Source of the DNA: Candidatus Micrarchaeota archaeon
GTDB lineage: Archaea; B1Sed10-29; WALL01; WAMD01
Direction: 5' to 3'
DNA: 16,135 nt
Assembly (NCBI GenBank): GCA_964652335.1
Contig: CAZZDL010000002.1
Span: forward strand, 17,037 to 33,171
The notes beneath the pieces are model-generated. The model was not told the DNA's origin. It did not search any database and saw only the letters and a program-made list of their open reading frames with translations. A program made the translations under genes and the position numbers. Below, in pieces: positions 9,301-15,848 of the stretch (positions are counted from its first letter, which is position 1; each line of letters starts with the position of its first letter).

Positions 9301-10845
9301 CTTTATTGCGAGTTTCTGCTCAGAGAGCGTTTGAACTATCGCCTGACCTGCTTCCCCTTTTATTGCATCATTGAAGTCATCTAAGAATGAGTTCATGTAC
9401 GTCTGAAGCGCCTCCAGTTTCTCTTTATCCTTAGAAGCCTCTTTCATCAAACCTTTTATTGTCCGAGCTTCCTCGCTCAGCTTTTGAATCTTTTCCTTTC
9501 TGTATGCTAATTCTTCATATGTATCTATTATACCTTCAAGGGTCTCTTTGTCTCTACTATTTAGCGTGGAATCAGCCATAAGCTCTCTTATTGCTGTTGC
9601 CTTGTCCGTAGGTGATTGGGATAATCCTATATCAATTGCTAACGTCCTAGCTTCTTCAGGATCTAATCTATTTATGTCTATTTCTGATATAGTTGGGTGC
9701 TTTTTATATCTTTCGAGAAGTCTTTTAACATCATCAGTATTGTCAATATCTACACCTAACAACTTTTTGTAAAATTTTTTCTTGAGGTTACTATTCTCAA
9801 GGATTTTATCATCTAATTTGTTAATGATTCCAGTGAGCTGTGTGTCTGTACTATCTATTATCTTTATTGCATCGTTAAGGTCGTCCGCTGTAGCTCCCTT
9901 TCTAGCTATCCTCTGTATCCTTGCAATGTCATCATCCACGTCATCTAAGGCATTTCTAAATATCTTCTCCTTGTTCTTCACAAGCCTTTCCCCGCTTCTA
10001 ATGTTCCTAACAGCGGAAAGTATAGAACCTACCATCAATGCTCCCTGGGCAACTGACTCCATCAGGGCTAAGTCCTTCAACCTGGAAACAAAATACATGT
10101 ATGTCTTTGGAATAATGAATATCTGAGATCCTGGGGTGGCAACAAGGCTGACTCTATATGATTCTGCCCTTATCCTAGACTGCCCAAGGTTCACGGTCCC
10201 GAATGGGCTCTTAGATGCCCTAGCGGTCTCTACACCTATCGTTGCCAGGTTAAATGCATTCTGACCAATCTTCTGCCCTGCAACTTCTAAAAAGCTAGCA
10301 TTTGGAACCTCTGTTGCAACAGTCCAGTCCTTTGAATAAACATCTTGCACTTCGTCCCCTGCCTTATGATTACATATTCCCTCCTTGTTAGTGGGCATAT
10401 CCGGGCATATGGGTATATCCTCCCCTAACAATCCTCCGTACTCAACCCTACCAAATATTGTGGTTCCAATTAGCCATCCATTGTTTGGCTGGAGAGAATT
10501 AACAAGAACATCTGAATAGGTTATCGCTCCGTCAGGTCCCATCAAATACAAATGGAACCTATCTGCAATCTTACCTGATTCGGGGAGAGTCTCTCCCAAC
10601 TCTCTCAATGCCTTTTGCGTTTTATAGTTCTCGGCAGAAGTGGCAACGTCCTGAGTAATTATCCCTTGTATCTTGTACACATCATCTAGCGTAAGCTCCA
10701 CTTCACCCAATCCGCCAATATCACAAAATCTTGGAGACATGGCCGAACCAGAGCTAGGACTAGAAGAAGGCATCCCCTGCGAATACGCAAATGGCCAAAA
10801 CATTGAAGCTAGGAGTAAAAATGCGATTATATAATTGCCCTTCAT
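6334..10845 (-). CDS. Large (1503 aa) secreted, C-terminally membrane-anchored protein of unknown function
   Basis: Sec-type signal peptide (MKGNYIIAFLLLASMFWPFAYS). Cys pairs, a charged helical segment, internal Gly/Ala-rich hydrophobic helices, an EF-hand-like loop, then Pro-rich linker, TM and basic tail. RBS AGGGGA. Confidence 0.85.
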   Translation of the reverse strand: MKGNYIIAFLLLASMFWPFAYSQGMPSSSPSSGSAMSPRFCDIGGLGEVELTLDDVYKIQGIITQDVATSAENYKTQKALRELGETLPESGKIADRFHLYLMGPDGAITYSDVLVNSLQPNNGWLIGTTIFGRVEYGGLLGEDIPICPDMPTNKEGICNHKAGDEVQDVYSKDWTVATEVPNASFLEVAGQKIGQNAFNLATIGVETARASKSPFGTVNLGQSRIRAESYRVSLVATPGSQIFIIPKTYMYFVSRLKDLALMESVAQGALMVGSILSAVRNIRSGERLVKNKEKIFRNALDDVDDDIARIQRIARKGATADDLNDAIKIIDSTDTQLTGIINKLDDKILENSNLKKKFYKKLLGVDIDNTDDVKRLLERYKKHPTISEIDINRLDPEEARTLAIDIGLSQSPTDKATAIRELMADSTLNSRDKETLEGIIDTYEELAYRKEKIQKLSEEARTIKGLMKEASKDKEKLEALQTYMNSFLDDFNDAIKGEAGQAIVQTLSEQKLAIKKAMIGGKERTFARVLGLAAPEDKQVVSMHAQLLQEGRSGAINGARRLLGFKPTGIPITSGLYTHLAMLPGAFARGYLKALYYVVRPAVLTAYGLQLISELVMVNGYLEISPPGITVEWNKDTAGDSFDKQAYVIVKGTPTQIKGMYSSGIIGPLGSQELGEFLISIGADPILAGKYSKLGDYLAFGYDFNPNAYQKIITVEEEGRPTGITRIDKVNGGYLLRFMNWKQKGIIVAEDPSTMVEIGNKAMLSSVAMQTSGADIYAYIYGNPDSVKEMFPVTWAISQKLGDWGFLTGLVTAGTVFHTLPAIPRLSKSIGAFMYSAGFRGAFGAGRDLMVAKTTDMKSLETCVSQGTCERPSCEEVEARCEGELGAMSLWLTASGATQVALDYTGATGVLPALSFALGIADIVVLEGGIPLPGGGIKFFEGKMEKTDRCMKELLTCNERNFIIVGGQKIMDPNVLLEEQEKAKKVKGLPGLEGLPIEDFFKGFENQTSPVNIEQEQMNIHAEMENATGRLAFRNIYYVHLLDATIDWLASALPVTMCGLDANKNIDKCVKLQGNRLDYGNISIESDLIPFKWVDTELPAMIIPNTGVYFDLGSSTCAVFSVDSTGSNITFNPSIVSKFESLNFEDLERSFGKLRVINLDDGSIYPSPDIEGNIRLEFDRSDGSFDETNETVYLDATGNVHFVSLRTGKEETHTFRSAVFSGGTIVKQGDRIYILPRYFKLPISGAMWRELTKGKPFVSTTGEQLESMDELGNILGLNGSITRIPGGDKLGIITSVSAQKDINGDGVISDNETSGWRFYKVGNKSFFDLVYNGKKETYDGDQVEVDEDTGTIKVYEKGKPHEDQYLLRSIETKVDQLGRTLMTVKDGKGNTLLEDALITWIKGSGGSISYNPDTNNYVFVNGQPIELNNEFKTNGFNPITGLTDPPILQPSAKHGTKPWEGEAKKPSIPMVPTIPKGLEVVYSLALAVFITLVFLKLKEIKRS

Positions 10846-10877
10846 GTAATATCCCCTTAAAACTAAGGATTGCTCAC

Positions 10878-10887
10878 TATTTATAAA
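10878..10887 (-). promoter_or_regulatory. Putative TATA box for the 1503-aa gene
   Basis: TTTATAAATA on the minus strand about 33 nt upstream of ATG 10845. Confidence 0.6.
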
Positions 10888-10930
10888 TTACTGAGAATGT
10901 TCACGCTAAAGCACACAAAGACAGAGAGCG

Positions 10931-11380
10931 TCACAAACTGATAAATACATACTCTCCAAACACTACGACAACGTAAAGCAAAACATACCATATGGCTAGC
11001 GAAACTAACCATATTATGAATAACTGAGCCAACATCCATGGTATCTTCTTGTTTAGCTCAAGCATCTCATCATAGACCAAGGCAGCCAACAAGAAAACAA
11101 CATATCCTTCAATTGCAGGAACAATTATGGAAGGAAATGCAGTTAGGGATACTCCTTCCACAATCAGTATTAACATCCATGCAATCAAAACAATAGCAAA
11201 ATACAGAACAGACTTGCCTATCAGTCCTAGAGGCCTATCCTTCTTTCTAAAATAATAGCTAATTGGCAGGGAAAACGCATATACAACCAAGGCGGAGAGG
11301 ATGGAAAAAACAAACAAAGCTGTCAGTGCGCCGTTCTCGTTTGCGAACAGATACATGGCATGGTAGATCTCAGCTATCAT
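10931..11380 (-). CDS. Integral membrane protein (about 4 TM helices), function unknown
   Basis: Four hydrophobic stretches. Likely start ATG 11380 (GAGGG upstream); alternative start 11407. Confidence 0.75.
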   Translation of the reverse strand: MIAEIYHAMYLFANENGALTALFVFSILSALVVYAFSLPISYYFRKKDRPLGLIGKSVLYFAIVLIAWMLILIVEGVSLTAFPSIIVPAIEGYVVFLLAALVYDEMLELNKKIPWMLAQLFIIWLVSLAIWYVLLYVVVVFGEYVFISL

Positions 11381-11410
11381 GTAGATCCCTCTTGTCCAAT
11401 AATGCATTCA

Positions 11411-12130
11411 TCAATAATAAACCTTGGTATAGACATCACAGATACTATTGTGGCAGAGCTTTGCAATCTTTGGAGATGCATAGTAGGGAGGTTCGGGTCT
11501 TATGCCTCCGTCACAGTCTCCATTAGTAGGATAACTGGTCCTCAAGAAGAATCTATGGGCAAGGTCAGGGCTCTCCCTAGCCCCCAAATCAACCAGTCCA
11601 AGAGAAGCTAGATCTACATTTGTATCGTTCTTGCATGTGACGTATTTCATTATTTCTTCAATCGCACTAGTTTCAACAATTTTTGGATATCTCTCTTCAT
11701 TCGTCTTGTTAAAAGCACAAGACAGTATTATTGGATGTTGCAAGTCTGCGCAAACATCTCCTTCACATACAGCCGATTTATCCTCTGGATATATCTCAAT
11801 TACTAATGGGTTTCCGACCGCTCTACACACTCCATCCCAATTTTCAATCAGTAACTTAAACCTCTCGTCTGACTCATTGAACTCCCCAGCTAGATATCTA
11901 CCGAATTGATCTACCCAGAACAATTTGTTGCCTTTATACATGTACGAAATCTCTGAGAGGACTTGAATGGAAGAAGACTCAACATCAGAAAGGTACAAAT
12001 AATTGTAAGCCTCTAACGCCTGATTGCCATATATAGAAGAAGCCCAAGCAAGTATGGCTGCGGACATACCACATATCATTAGGAAAAATAATGCATCAAT
12101 TATCATCGCCTGGGCCTTATTAGAAATCAT
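11411..12130 (-). CDS. Pilin-like protein with class III signal peptide
   Basis: MISNKA/QAMIIDALFFLMICGMSAAILAW; Cys-rich globular domain; ATGA overlap with the upstream gene. Confidence 0.75.
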   Translation of the reverse strand: MISNKAQAMIIDALFFLMICGMSAAILAWASSIYGNQALEAYNYLYLSDVESSSIQVLSEISYMYKGNKLFWVDQFGRYLAGEFNESDERFKLLIENWDGVCRAVGNPLVIEIYPEDKSAVCEGDVCADLQHPIILSCAFNKTNEERYPKIVETSAIEEIMKYVTCKNDTNVDLASLGLVDLGARESPDLAHRFFLRTSYPTNGDCDGGIRPEPPYYASPKIAKLCHNSICDVYTKVYY

Positions 12131-12669
12131 CTCCAGGTCACCACCACCAACCTGACTGGCTTATTCCCTTCATCTGTTGTATACAAAACAGGATAGGTCA
12201 TTATCGTTATAACTCTATTCTTTGTCTTATCAGCTATAACTGCGTAGGGATCAGGCTGCCCACCTGAGGACTGTCCTCTCCAAAAATTAGACGACAAACC
12301 GGAATACTTGGGACAAAGCGCATAGTTATTATAGCCAAAGTTCACAACTCCTGTTGTGGTACCTCTCCATGTCTCCTCTTCCTCCTCCAGCCACATTGCC
12401 AAGTGAACAGCATAATTGGTTTTCAATGCACTAGCCAAGTCGCAGGCAAAATCCCAATAATCCTCGTCAAAGTATATCTGGTATCTGACAGCTCTAGATA
12501 TCATTATGTTTGCTCTCATTGTCTGGACGTAATCCTCCTTTGACTGATATGCCGAATAAGCTACGTATATTGTGGAAAAGAATATCATTAGCCCAAGAGC
12601 TATTGGAAATATGCTTGGAAAGTCATCTCCTAATGGACCAATGTATCCTTTCTTCCCTATCTTACTCAT
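12127..12669 (-). CDS. Pilin-like protein with class III signal peptide (180 aa)
   Basis: Start moved to ATG 12669 (RBS GGAGGAGG, overlapping the upstream stop). MSKIGKKG/YIGPLGDDFPSIFPIALGLMIFFSTI. Confidence 0.72.
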   Translation of the reverse strand: MSKIGKKGYIGPLGDDFPSIFPIALGLMIFFSTIYVAYSAYQSKEDYVQTMRANIMISRAVRYQIYFDEDYWDFACDLASALKTNYAVHLAMWLEEEEETWRGTTTGVVNFGYNNYALCPKYSGLSSNFWRGQSSGGQPDPYAVIADKTKNRVITIMTYPVLYTTDEGNKPVRLVVVTWR

Positions 12670-13297
12670 TACACGCCTCCTCCAATGCTCTCTTTGCCTC
12701 TTCCAGACCAACATCATTTGACTTAACTCCAACGCACATTTTATCTCTGTTCTTATACACAATTATGAAATCATTTCTAGTCCCCTTTGGACTTGACGGT
12801 CTAATGACGATCCTTGGAGGTTCCCCTTTAATTTCCTCCACAGATGCTTCCCCACCAGAAAAGCTAATGTTGTAGAGGGATATACTACTCAAAGAGTAAG
12901 TGCTAGTGGCGCTAATCCCTAGTCCCTTCATCGGGGCAGCGACAAATGAAGCTGAAGCGAACGTCTCTGGATTCTCTTGATCCTCCCATGCAAGGAAGAT
13001 AACTAGACGCAGAATTCTATTCTTGTTATCGCTCACAACTTGAAGAGCTAGAGTATACGGCTTTGCCTCATCCCTGATCCATATATGTGAGTCAAGCCAT
13101 ATTGTCCTCACTGTGGTCTCATATGATAATGCATCTGTTATTGTCTCTGCAATGCTCTGAGTGACCTTCTTTCCAGTATCGTCAATAACCTTGTCCTTGT
13201 ATATCATGTAGTACCCTGTAAGTATGGAGACAAGTAGGAATAGAAAAATAAACATGACCATCTTGGACATTACCCACATCCCCAAACCTTTTCGCAT
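12662..13297 (-). CDS. Pilin-like protein with class III signal peptide
   Basis: MRKG/LGMWVMSKMVMFIFLFLLVSILTGYY followed by an amphipathic helix and beta strands. Confidence 0.72.
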   Translation of the reverse strand: MRKGLGMWVMSKMVMFIFLFLLVSILTGYYMIYKDKVIDDTGKKVTQSIAETITDALSYETTVRTIWLDSHIWIRDEAKPYTLALQVVSDNKNRILRLVIFLAWEDQENPETFASASFVAAPMKGLGISATSTYSLSSISLYNISFSGGEASVEEIKGEPPRIVIRPSSPKGTRNDFIIVYKNRDKMCVGVKSNDVGLEEAKRALEEACNE

Positions 13298-13308
13298 TTA
13301 CGATCCTC

Positions 13309-13893
13309 TTACTCCTTCGGCTTGCATAGGTAAACTGTGTATCCCTTCTTTATCGCCACTATCCTATGGAACCCGGGGGAAAGATCTGTACCCAGATCAT
13401 CATACTCGCCTACATTACTGCATCCAACAGTGGTCAAATCCACATTGAATGGGATCCTTATACACACAGGAGGCAAGTCTGGGGGTATTAATTTTTTGGA
13501 CTCTCCTCCTTCTATCTCCTGAACATAATATGCCCTTATCTGCATACAATGCGGAGTATGGCACCCCTGTAGGCAGACGTCCTCTCCTGGATTTGAAATA
13601 GAGAAGTTATCCACCCTGAAGTTGGGTCCACCATAGACATTTAGATCAACGTCTATATACTTTACTCCTTCTCCAAGATTAGCGACTATCTCTATTTCTC
13701 TAGCTAGGGACTCCATATTGTTTCTCACTCTCTCTTGGGACTCCCACATCTGGTACTGGCTGAACAAGTAAAAAGCTATTGGAAGCAGAAGCCCTAGCAT
13801 CGCAGCTGCTATAAGCAATTGGAAGGGCGCCTCCACCTGCCCTTTCTCATTCCTGATTCTAATCTTCCTAGCTAACCTAGCTAGCCCGAACAT
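13309..13893 (-). CDS. Pilin-like protein with class III signal peptide
   Basis: Basic leader ...RNEKG/QVEAPFQLLIAAAMLGLLLPIAF; six Cys in the head domain. Confidence 0.82.
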   Translation of the reverse strand: MFGLARLARKIRIRNEKGQVEAPFQLLIAAAMLGLLLPIAFYLFSQYQMWESQERVRNNMESLAREIEIVANLGEGVKYIDVDLNVYGGPNFRVDNFSISNPGEDVCLQGCHTPHCMQIRAYYVQEIEGGESKKLIPPDLPPVCIRIPFNVDLTTVGCSNVGEYDDLGTDLSPGFHRIVAIKKGYTVYLCKPKE

Positions 13894-13932
13894 TTACATC
13901 ATCTCAACAAGAATAAAGAACTAGGCCAATAA

Positions 13933-13958
13933 AAAGCTAGCTCTGAAAGCTAGCTCTG
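13933..13958. repeat. 13-bp tandem duplication (AAAGCTAGCTCTG x2)
   Basis: Read directly at 13933-13945 and 13946-13958; overlaps the 11-bp repeat at 13930-13940. Confidence 0.9.
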
Positions 13959-13991
13959 ACAAAATATGTACAAACAATTCAAACAAAAATG

Positions 13992-14014
13992 TTTATAAAT
14001 ATGTGAATCACATA
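13992..14014 (+). promoter_or_regulatory. TATA box plus palindromic operator of the TA operon
   Basis: TTTATAAA (13992-13999) directly followed by the inverted repeat TATGTGA-A-TCACATA (14000-14014); RBS GGTGA at 14022-14026. Confidence 0.75.
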
Positions 14015-14030
14015 ATTATTTGGTGATGAT

Positions 14031-14318
14031 ATGAACATAACAATGTCAGTTAGTGGGGATCTTGAGAAATGGATAAAGAGATTTCCATTTGTGAAGTGGA
14101 CAGAGATAGCAAAGAAGGCAATGAGGGAAGAGGCTATCAGGCTGAAAAAGCTTGAAATAATCGAAAAATACCTTGAAGGCAAGAAACTAACGAAGGAAGA
14201 TATTGAGTTCATGGAAGAGATTGACTGGCATCCTGTGGACGAGATGGAGATTAAACCTGATTTTGCCAAAAGCTTAAAGGAAGCCAGTAAGGGGAAGACT
14301 AAAAAAATATCGCTGTAA
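14031..14318 (+). CDS. Ribbon-helix-helix-type antitoxin (RelB-like position)
   Basis: MNITMSVSGDLEKWIKRFPFVKWTEIAKKAM fits an RHH pattern; acidic C-terminal part; lies directly upstream of the RelE toxin. Confidence 0.75.
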   Translation: MNITMSVSGDLEKWIKRFPFVKWTEIAKKAMREEAIRLKKLEIIEKYLEGKKLTKEDIEFMEEIDWHPVDEMEIKPDFAKSLKEASKGKTKKISL

Positions 14319-14329
14319 CTGGTGGTACA

Positions 14330-14620
14330 ATGTACAAAATAGAGGCAACTCAAAGATTTGAAAATGACTATTCAAAACTAGCCAAAAAGAACAAGAAGCT
14401 AGCCGACGCCTTGAAGAAGAAATTGAAAGAAATCTTAAATGATCCGTACAGGTTTAAGCCATTAAGAAAACCTCTTCAAGGTTTTAGAAGGGTTCATCTG
14501 CTAGGTTGCTATGTCCTAGTATACACTATAAACGAAAAAAAGGAAACTGTCGTACTGATAAGACTAGCCCATCATGACGATGCATACAGTAAAAAGCTAG
14601 TAAAAGGAAACTGGGTGTAG
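14330..14620 (+). CDS. relE: RelE/StbE (YafQ-like) mRNA interferase toxin
   Basis: YKIEATQRFENDYSKL...PYRFKPLRKPLQGFRRVHL...YVLVYTI...RLAHHDDAY; RBS GGTGG. Confidence 0.88.
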   Translation: MYKIEATQRFENDYSKLAKKNKKLADALKKKLKEILNDPYRFKPLRKPLQGFRRVHLLGCYVLVYTINEKKETVVLIRLAHHDDAYSKKLVKGNWV

Positions 14621-14642
14621 ACGGGGTTGGTGGGTGGGAGAG

Positions 14643-14669
14643 TAGTGCTAGCCAGCTGGCTAGGGACTA
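14643..14669. terminator. Palindromic hairpin between convergent genes, possibly a terminator
   Basis: Perfect 16-bp palindrome CTAGCCAGCTGGCTAG (14648-14663) with imperfect TAGT/ACTA extension. Confidence 0.4.
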
Positions 14670-14672
14670 GTG

Positions 14673-14810
14673 CTAGGGGGCTGGTATGTATGAGGATGCT
14701 GAGCTGACTGCTTGCTGGAACATTGGTTTTATCACTGAGATTAGCAAGATGGCTGCTATCACTGCTAGTATCAAGAGGTAAATCGGTGTCCAGTTCATGT
14801 CTCCCTTCAT
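14673..14810 (-). CDS. 45-aa mini-pilin (Flp-like) with class III signal peptide; absent from the ORF track
   Basis: Manual translation MKG/DMNWTPIYLLILAVIAAILLISVIKPMFQQAVSSASSYIPAP*; starts 5 nt after the stop of the upstream pilin. Confidence 0.8.
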   Translation of the reverse strand: MKGDMNWTPIYLLILAVIAAILLISVIKPMFQQAVSSASSYIPAP

Positions 14811-14815
14811 CTAGC

Positions 14816-15298
14816 TCAGACTCCTTTGGTAGTGAATCCAATGTAGTACTCTCCGTCACAGTTGTAAACCCAGATCTTCCCTCCTATCTTTTTAGTTGCT
14901 TTCATGTGTATGCTGTTACCGGATACATCAAAATAATCTGTGGAAAACGCGTAATCTCCGGGACATGCTGTGCTCATGTCACTACATGTTCCTCCACTTG
15001 CACTTCCTTCACCAGTACAGAAGAAAACCGTTCCTGGATTTATTCCGGCTTTTGTTTCTATAGCACTAGTTGAAATAACTGCTCCTGGCTGGAACTGGAC
15101 TATCTGCGTTGACAAGCTCCCAGCTCCTGGAGCGCCCCTAAGGCTTTGGACCTGCTGGGCCATGACAGTGACTGGATCTCCTCCTGGTGTAACGAATCCT
15201 CCAAGCATTGACAGGATTATGACCAAGATTGAACCTGCAACTACTGCAGCTATTAATAACTTAAACGCATCAAATGCTTGACCCATTTTTCCAAGCAT
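14816..15298 (-). CDS. Pilin with class III signal peptide (major pilin candidate)
   Basis: MLGKMG/QAFDAFKLLIAAVVAGSILVIILSML; strong RBS GGAGGTGA and its own TATA box; four Cys. Confidence 0.85.
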   Translation of the reverse strand: MLGKMGQAFDAFKLLIAAVVAGSILVIILSMLGGFVTPGGDPVTVMAQQVQSLRGAPGAGSLSTQIVQFQPGAVISTSAIETKAGINPGTVFFCTGEGSASGGTCSDMSTACPGDYAFSTDYFDVSGNSIHMKATKKIGGKIWVYNCDGEYYIGFTTKGV

Positions 15299-15302
15299 TT
15301 AC

Positions 15303-15340
15303 TCACCTCCAATAGGAAAAGGAAGCTAGTGTATTTAAAA
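15303..15340 (-). promoter_or_regulatory. TATA box (TTTTAAATA) and RBS (GGAGGTGA) for pilin 14816-15298
   Basis: Read on the minus strand at 15332-15340 and 15303-15310. Confidence 0.65.
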
Positions 15341-15354
15341 GTATCCTTATGCAC

Positions 15355-15810
15355 TTAGCATTTAGACGTGCCAAGGTAAATATAACACTCGTTGCTCTTG
15401 CATGTCACGCAGACGTCTATCTCAGTTCCCTCTTTTAGGAATAAGCTATCATAACTAACATCTGTATGGGTTTGGCAGTCAACTTTTCGCCCATTTTTTA
15501 GTTCATAACCAACAGGTATTTCACAGCGTATATTCACAACAAGATTTGGATCATCTATTCCTGCCTTCTCCTTTATTGCATCTGAAGTTATGAACTGTGC
15601 CTTAAGCTTAGCCTTCCTTGAAAAGCTCTGTCCTGTCCCCGCAGCCGCGTAGGCAGAAGCCAGAAGATCTGCAGACACAGACAAAACATCCGAACCTGGC
15701 TCTCTAGACTTTATTGTTGAAACAACACCATAGACTATAGCTAATAGCACTAATGCAATAATCGCTCCCTGAACAAGCTTCATTGCGGTGAATGCCTGAC
15801 CCTTTTGCAT
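15355..15810 (-). CDS. Pilin with class III signal peptide
   Basis: MQKG/QAFTAMKLVQGAIIALVLLAIVYGVV; six Cys; resembles the neighbouring pilin. TTTAAA at 15839-15844 and GGTG RBS upstream. Confidence 0.85.
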   Translation of the reverse strand: MQKGQAFTAMKLVQGAIIALVLLAIVYGVVSTIKSREPGSDVLSVSADLLASAYAAAGTGQSFSRKAKLKAQFITSDAIKEKAGIDDPNLVVNIRCEIPVGYELKNGRKVDCQTHTDVSYDSLFLKEGTEIDVCVTCKSNECYIYLGTSKC

Positions 15811-15848
15811 TTGAACACCATCTAAAAGATATTAGGCATTTAAACATT

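Larger units (their letters stand above)
13930..14600. repeat. 11-bp direct repeat TAAAAAGCTAG (13930-13940 and 14590-14600) bracketing the RelBE-like pair
   Basis: Exact 11-mer; 13 of 14 identical when extended to CA(A/G)TAAAAAGCTAG. Confidence 0.6.

Noticed and set aside
6705..10126. Many + strand ORFs of 60-114 aa
   Set aside because: Antisense shadows of the 1503-aa gene, with no recognisable motifs.
12670..12762. N-terminal extension of ORF 12127-12762
   Set aside because: It overlaps the upstream gene; ATG 12669 has an RBS and gives a proper class III leader.
13942..13949. TCTGAAAG shared between the two cassette junctions as a common recombination core
   Set aside because: An 8-mer match is expected by chance in a window this size.
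11263..15281. Shadow ORFs such as 11263-11526, 12510-12875, 13979-14353, 14572-14859, 14723-15073 and 14970-15281
   Set aside because: They conflict with pilin or TA genes. The credible small gene there is 14673-14810 in another frame.
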